Assembly: GCA_963804165.1 (NCBI GenBank)
Contig: CAWDPO010000012.1
Span: 1-64,000 of the forward strand
Reading direction: 5' to 3'
Source of the DNA: an uncultured delta proteobacterium
GTDB lineage: Bacteria > Desulfobacterota > Binatia > UBA9968
Length of the DNA: 64,000 nt
Both the position numbers and the translations under genes were made by a program. Shown here one piece after another: positions 59,430 to 64,000 of the stretch (the stretch's first letter is position 1; each line of letters begins with the position of its first letter). The notes under the pieces were generated by a model. It ran no database searches. It was not told where the DNA came from and saw only the letters and a program-made list of their open reading frames with translations.

Positions 59430-60059
59430 CTATTTCTTAGGATGAAGCTGTTCTCCAGGCTTCTGGTCGACTTCCGTCTCATCCCAGGCGGTTTTTCCCT
59501 CCAAACTTTCCACGTTGAACTGGTAGTCGTAGACTAGCGAACCGCCATAAATAGCTCCATAGGAAACAAGCAGGCCGGCAACGATGGACAAGATCATTGT
59601 GAAAAGCCGCGCATATCCATCACTGAATTGGAGGAGACGAATAATAATGTTGATGATCACGATTACAGTGACAGTGAGCATCACCGTCATATGCCAGTTT
59701 GCAGTGCGCCACACCTGTGTGTGTTTCGCCGTGCCAAGAATGCCGGTCGAGTGATCCCTGTCCATGCCCTTCCACCAATCCCAGAAGCCGGTGAGGGCCG
59801 TCCCTACGGAAACGATTGCACCCGCGACGATGATGTAGGTGGCGGCGACAAAGAAATTACGGGCTGCGCTGGGGTACTCTACTGGCTCGTCATAAGCTTT
59901 ATAATACGAGATGATGTCGAACAATGCTGTGAGAACATAACAGACGATAGGAAAATCAGTGAGAGGCGGGTGCAGGGGCTTACCTGCCCAACCGCGCAAT
60001 CCCCTGGACTCCCGCCCTTTAAGGGTCATTGACGGCTTAATTGAAAAAAGCCTGGTCAT
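59430..60059 (-). CDS. DUF2231 membrane protein
   Basis: PLHPPLTDFPI, TG.WDW, GG.LVY. Confidence 0.85.
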   Translation of the reverse strand: MTRLFSIKPSMTLKGRESRGLRGWAGKPLHPPLTDFPIVCYVLTALFDIISYYKAYDEPVEYPSAARNFFVAATYIIVAGAIVSVGTALTGFWDWWKGMDRDHSTGILGTAKHTQVWRTANWHMTVMLTVTVIVIINIIIRLLQFSDGYARLFTMILSIVAGLLVSYGAIYGGSLVYDYQFNVESLEGKTAWDETEVDQKPGEQLHPKK

Positions 60060-60119
60060 GTGTTTCTCCCCGGGCCACCGGATCATCCGGCCGGACGCCC
60101 GGATGAACCCACAACTCGA

Positions 60120-61688
60120 TTAGGTGTCGCTTCCCATCACGCGGGTTAGCAACGCATCGGGAACCCTGGTGAGATTTGCGGCTGCATCCTTTAAGTCGCG
60201 ATGCTCGACAGCGCGCGATAGCAACTCGTTTTTAGTCGGGCCTTGCTTTTTGCCGAGGAACGGCTTGGCGATCAGGTGAAAGACATCACGTAGTGGCATG
60301 TAACGCATGAAGCGGAAAAGCAGCCGGAAGGTCTGGATCGGATAGTGGGTCAGCTTGTACAAAAAAAGTCGCCTCAACCCAGAATTTCGCTCAGCATTGA
60401 TTAGCGGACCGGGTAGACAGGTCGGATCAATCTCTGAGCACTTGAAGTACTTGTACCAATCAGCTGCATCGTTGACCAGACCCCGCGCCACGTACTCTTT
60501 CCACAGAGGAGTTCCCCGGTACACACACAGCCGGTTGAAACCGAACGTGTCCAGCCGCAGCTTCGCTGCGAAGTCAAACGTGGCACGTATATCGTGAACC
60601 GTCTCGTCCGGAGATCCAACAACAAAGAAGCCGTGCACGATGTCGATACCAGCCTGCTTAGCGGTATCCACCGCATTCTTAGTCTGCTCTAGGGTTTGCT
60701 CCTTCTTCAGCCGGTCGAGGACTTTCTGGCTACCGCTCTCAACTCCAAACATCACAGTGCGGCAGTGGGCCTTGGCCATTGCCGGGAACAGGTGTTGCGC
60801 CGTCGAATCAACCCGTCCCTCACAGCCCCATTGGATAGTGACCCCGCTCTCATTAATACCTTTGCAGATCGCCTCAATACGCTTAGGTTGCAAGAGGAAG
60901 TGGTCATCGACAAAGTAAACGGCACCGTATCCCAAGGCCTGTAGCTGTTTTAATTCGCCAACAACATGCTGCGGGGTGCGGGCGCGCCACTTGCCCTCGT
61001 TAAATATAGGAATATCGCAAAAAACACAGGGCCAAGGACAACCGCGCGATGTCTGCATCGTCGTGAAGCGCTCCATAGATAAGACGGCCGGCACATCGAG
61101 CGGCATCGATTCAATGTAATCCAACGGCAAGCTCTCGCGGTCAGGAAAGGGCCACTGGTCGAGATCTCGGTCCAACACCCGATTTGGGTTGCTGACAGGG
61201 CGGCCATCCTGGGTCCATGTGAGACCTGCCACATCGGCAGGATCTTCCAAGCGTTCGACAAGATCGAGAATGAGTTGCTCACCATCCCCTCGACAAACGA
61301 AGTCCACTTCGGGGCACTGGAGCTTGACGAGTTCGGCGTTCAGTGTGGCGAAAACACCACCGAAGGCAAGCGGCACACGGGAGTCAGCCGCCCGTATCTG
61401 ACGCGCAAGGAGCTTGGCATACGGATAACTCGTCGTGCTTAAAAAACTTAAGCCAACGAGGTCGGGTTTTTGCCTGCGGATTTCTTCGATAATGACATCA
61501 TTGGGCGTCTCAGGATTGGCTTGATCGAACATGATGCTATCGTGGCCTTCGCGTTTGAGCACAGCCGAGAGCGACATGATACCAATCGGTGGAAACCCCA
61601 TAACGCGAATCCTGCCGTTCTTGGCGCGAGTTGCTGCAGGCAACGCGTAAAACTGAGGGTCGCGAATATGAATCAAAACGATTCGCAT
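60120..61688 (-). CDS. B12-binding radical SAM protein
   Basis: N-terminal B12 domain; TSRGCPWPCVFC (CxxxCxxC), GVESGSQ. Confidence 0.93.
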   Translation of the reverse strand: MRIVLIHIRDPQFYALPAATRAKNGRIRVMGFPPIGIMSLSAVLKREGHDSIMFDQANPETPNDVIIEEIRRQKPDLVGLSFLSTTSYPYAKLLARQIRAADSRVPLAFGGVFATLNAELVKLQCPEVDFVCRGDGEQLILDLVERLEDPADVAGLTWTQDGRPVSNPNRVLDRDLDQWPFPDRESLPLDYIESMPLDVPAVLSMERFTTMQTSRGCPWPCVFCDIPIFNEGKWRARTPQHVVGELKQLQALGYGAVYFVDDHFLLQPKRIEAICKGINESGVTIQWGCEGRVDSTAQHLFPAMAKAHCRTVMFGVESGSQKVLDRLKKEQTLEQTKNAVDTAKQAGIDIVHGFFVVGSPDETVHDIRATFDFAAKLRLDTFGFNRLCVYRGTPLWKEYVARGLVNDAADWYKYFKCSEIDPTCLPGPLINAERNSGLRRLFLYKLTHYPIQTFRLLFRFMRYMPLRDVFHLIAKPFLGKKQGPTKNELLSRAVEHRDLKDAAANLTRVPDALLTRVMGSDT

Positions 61689-61876
61689 ATCGTATACACT
61701 CTTTCATTGTGATCGCCTCCGCGCAAGACCGACCAAGGGCGCATCTCTCGGGCATTGTGGCCAAGCAGCGGGAATCTTTTTACAACCCCTTCGACGCCAT
61801 CATAGTCGGCTACAGATAGACCGGTTTTGGTTTTGAGGGTTTCGGTCGGTCATGATAGTCGGAGTCAAAGGGAGAA

Positions 61877-61908
61877 TTTGAATTGAAGCGTCGTTCAGTT
61901 CAATCCTA
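61877..61908 (+). repeat. Cassette-boundary site, right half (collapsed hairpin)
   Basis: TTGAATTGAAGCGTCGTTCAGTTCAATCCTA. Confidence 0.75.
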
Positions 61909-62005
61909 CGCTGAAATTAGCCTTTTCTCGCTCGATGAATCTGGTTCTCTCTACTGCCGTAAATTGCACTTTTCATCGCTTGGCTCCGCGTGGTATGTAG
62001 CGGCC

Positions 62006-62989
62006 ATGAAAAAAGCGGGCTGGGCGTCGGCGTTGGTTGCCGTGATACTGCTTGCTGTTGCAGTTATAGCCGAGGCGCAGCAGGCGAAGGTCCACCGCAT
62101 AGGAGTTCTCACGCCACGCTCTCCGTCGGATAGCGCGCCCTGGCATCGGGCATTTCGAGAAGGTCTCCAGGGCCTCGGATGGGTAGACGGAAAGAACATC
62201 GCGATCGAATACCGATACGCCCAAGGCAATCGCGACCGCCTCCCTGACCTCGCAGCCGAGATCCTCCATCTGAAGGTTGAAGTCGTTGTTGTCGTGAGTG
62301 TCCACGCGGCCCGTGCTATTCAGCAGATCAACAAGGCAATCCCTATCGTAATGGCGTCCGCCGCTGATCCTGTCCAGTTGGGCTTGGTTGCCAGTCTTGC
62401 TCGGCCTGGCACCAACATCACGGGCTTATCGGAAATTACCCCAGAGATGGCCGGAAAGCGGCTGGAGCTGCTCAAGGAAATGGTCCCCAAGCTTTCCCGT
62501 GTGGCCACGCTTTGGGATCCAGGAAACGACGCCTCGGCGCTCAGTTGGAAAGAGGTCCAGTCCCCTGCTCGGCAGCTCGGTCTGTATCTGCATTCGCTGG
62601 AGGCACGGAGCCCCAAGGATTTTGACAAAGCGTTCGAAGACGCTACCAGGGCACGCGCTGGCGCCATTGCCGTCATGCCGGCTCAGTTGTTCGGCGCGAA
62701 TTTAAAACGGATCGCGGATCTTGCGGCAAAGAGCCGCTTGCCGTCAATATGGCATCTCTCGGAATTTGTGGACTCAGGCGGTCTCGCTGCATATGGGCCA
62801 GACCGTGCCGACCAGTTCCGTCGCGCGGCGATCTACGTGGACAAGATATTGAAAGGCGCCAAGCCCGGGGACCTACCAGTGGAGCAGCCGAAGAAGTTCG
62901 AGTTCATCGTCAACCTGAAAACGGCAAAACAGATCGGCTTAACTATTCCGTCCAATGTATTGGCTAGAGCCGACAAAGTTATCCGATGA
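62006..62989 (+). CDS. ABC transporter substrate-binding protein, paralog of 3340-4329
   Basis: AEAQQ, IEYRYA, DPV..GLVASLARPG.NITG, LPVEQP.KFE...NLKTAKQIGL. Confidence 0.92.
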   Translation: MKKAGWASALVAVILLAVAVIAEAQQAKVHRIGVLTPRSPSDSAPWHRAFREGLQGLGWVDGKNIAIEYRYAQGNRDRLPDLAAEILHLKVEVVVVVSVHAARAIQQINKAIPIVMASAADPVQLGLVASLARPGTNITGLSEITPEMAGKRLELLKEMVPKLSRVATLWDPGNDASALSWKEVQSPARQLGLYLHSLEARSPKDFDKAFEDATRARAGAIAVMPAQLFGANLKRIADLAAKSRLPSIWHLSEFVDSGGLAAYGPDRADQFRRAAIYVDKILKGAKPGDLPVEQPKKFEFIVNLKTAKQIGLTIPSNVLARADKVIR

Positions 62990-62995
62990 CCGAAC

Positions 62996-63080
62996 AATCG
63001 AAAATCCAAAATCGAAAATCTAAAATGGTAGGGCGATTCCGCCGAATGTGCTGGCGAGGGCGGATAGAGTGATCAAATAA
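62996..63080 (+). pseudogene. Collapsed remnant of another SBP paralog
   Basis: AATCSAA heptamers followed by IPPNVLARADRVIK* (63036-63080). Confidence 0.65.
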
Positions 63081-63094
63081 CGACGCGGCAATCG

Positions 63095-63148
63095 CAGGAT
63101 TGGATTGAATTCTCCTTCAACGCAATCTCGCTGAAACACATTGACGTT
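63095..63148 (+). repeat. Cassette-boundary site, left half
   Basis: CAGGATTGGATTGAATTCTCCTTC...CATTGACG. Confidence 0.65.
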
Positions 63149-63186
63149 CGCATGTGTCCTAAGTGTATTCGCGGTATGTGCGCGTA

Positions 63187-63588
63187 TTAATGTTTGTCAT
63201 CGTCGCGGATAGGCAAGTGGCGCAGTAACACGGTCTGGAGTTGATTAACAGAAACGGGTTTGAAGATGACTGCACGGGCGCCGCATCTCAAGGCGCCCTC
63301 GCAATGTTGCTCGGCCATCCAGGCAGTACAAATGATGATTGGAGTATTCCTAGTTACCGAGCTCTCTCGCAGACAGGTTGTTGCCTCAATACCGCCCATA
63401 CTCGGCATATTGAGGTCCATTAGAATTAGATCGGGTCTTTCTCTCAAAGCCTTTTGCACGCCGGTTTCGCCGTCGTCTGCCTGGAGAACCTGAAAGCCCA
63501 AATGACGAATAATCATGGCGAAGAGTTCGCGGCAGTCTGTATTATCGTCGATCAATAAGACTTTGTAGGCCATAAACCCGTCCTTCAA
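63187..63588 (-). CDS. Single-domain response regulator (CheY/DivK-like)
   Basis: VLLIDD, PDLILMDL.MP, TA, KP. Confidence 0.9.
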   Translation of the reverse strand: MKDGFMAYKVLLIDDNTDCRELFAMIIRHLGFQVLQADDGETGVQKALRERPDLILMDLNMPSMGGIEATTCLRESSVTRNTPIIICTAWMAEQHCEGALRCGARAVIFKPVSVNQLQTVLLRHLPIRDDDKH

Positions 63589-63721
63589 AGCAGACTATGT
63601 GCCAAGACAAAAATCCTATTTGACCATCGTTTCTTTCTTCAACTAAGCTTAAAATCGCGGGTTGACGGCCAGCGTTGCCAAATTTGGCAGTGCGTAATGA
63701 CAAGGCGATGGGCCTTATAGA

Positions 63722-63986
<265 letters not shown>

Positions 63987-64000
63987 ATCCATTTCTTTGC

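Overview
Bacterial genomic DNA, about 55% GC. By inference it resembles a soil or groundwater Binatota-like ('Deltaproteobacteria') genome, based on paralogous ABC and Bug substrate-binding proteins and MetE-II. It is a patchwork accessory region with no long housekeeping operon. Single genes include dinB, srkA, a P-type ATPase, an MFS transporter, an O-methyltransferase, an A-PCP didomain, a B12 radical SAM enzyme and Hsp20, alongside an ECF sigma/anti-sigma/subtilase triad, two toxin-antitoxin pairs, and ardC with an unannotated XRE repressor. Mobile DNA includes a complete group II intron, IS110, IS701, an IS3 stub, a RAYT (Y1 HUH) transposase and MITEs. Two non-coding systems stand out. 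(1) Ten co-oriented copies of a ~75-bp site (GATTGAACTGAATTCTCC...TGACGCGTCGWTCAGTTCAATC) occur as split halves bracketing five separate one-gene cargo units, as expected for cassettes integrated from circles. (2) About 20 strand-polarised intergenic mosaics of TTGAAC/TGGAAC 7- and 9-mer repeats are built from a shared parts list that includes RAYT 3' fragments. The final poly-G/poly-A tract is probably an artefact. All calls were made by eye; no searches were run.
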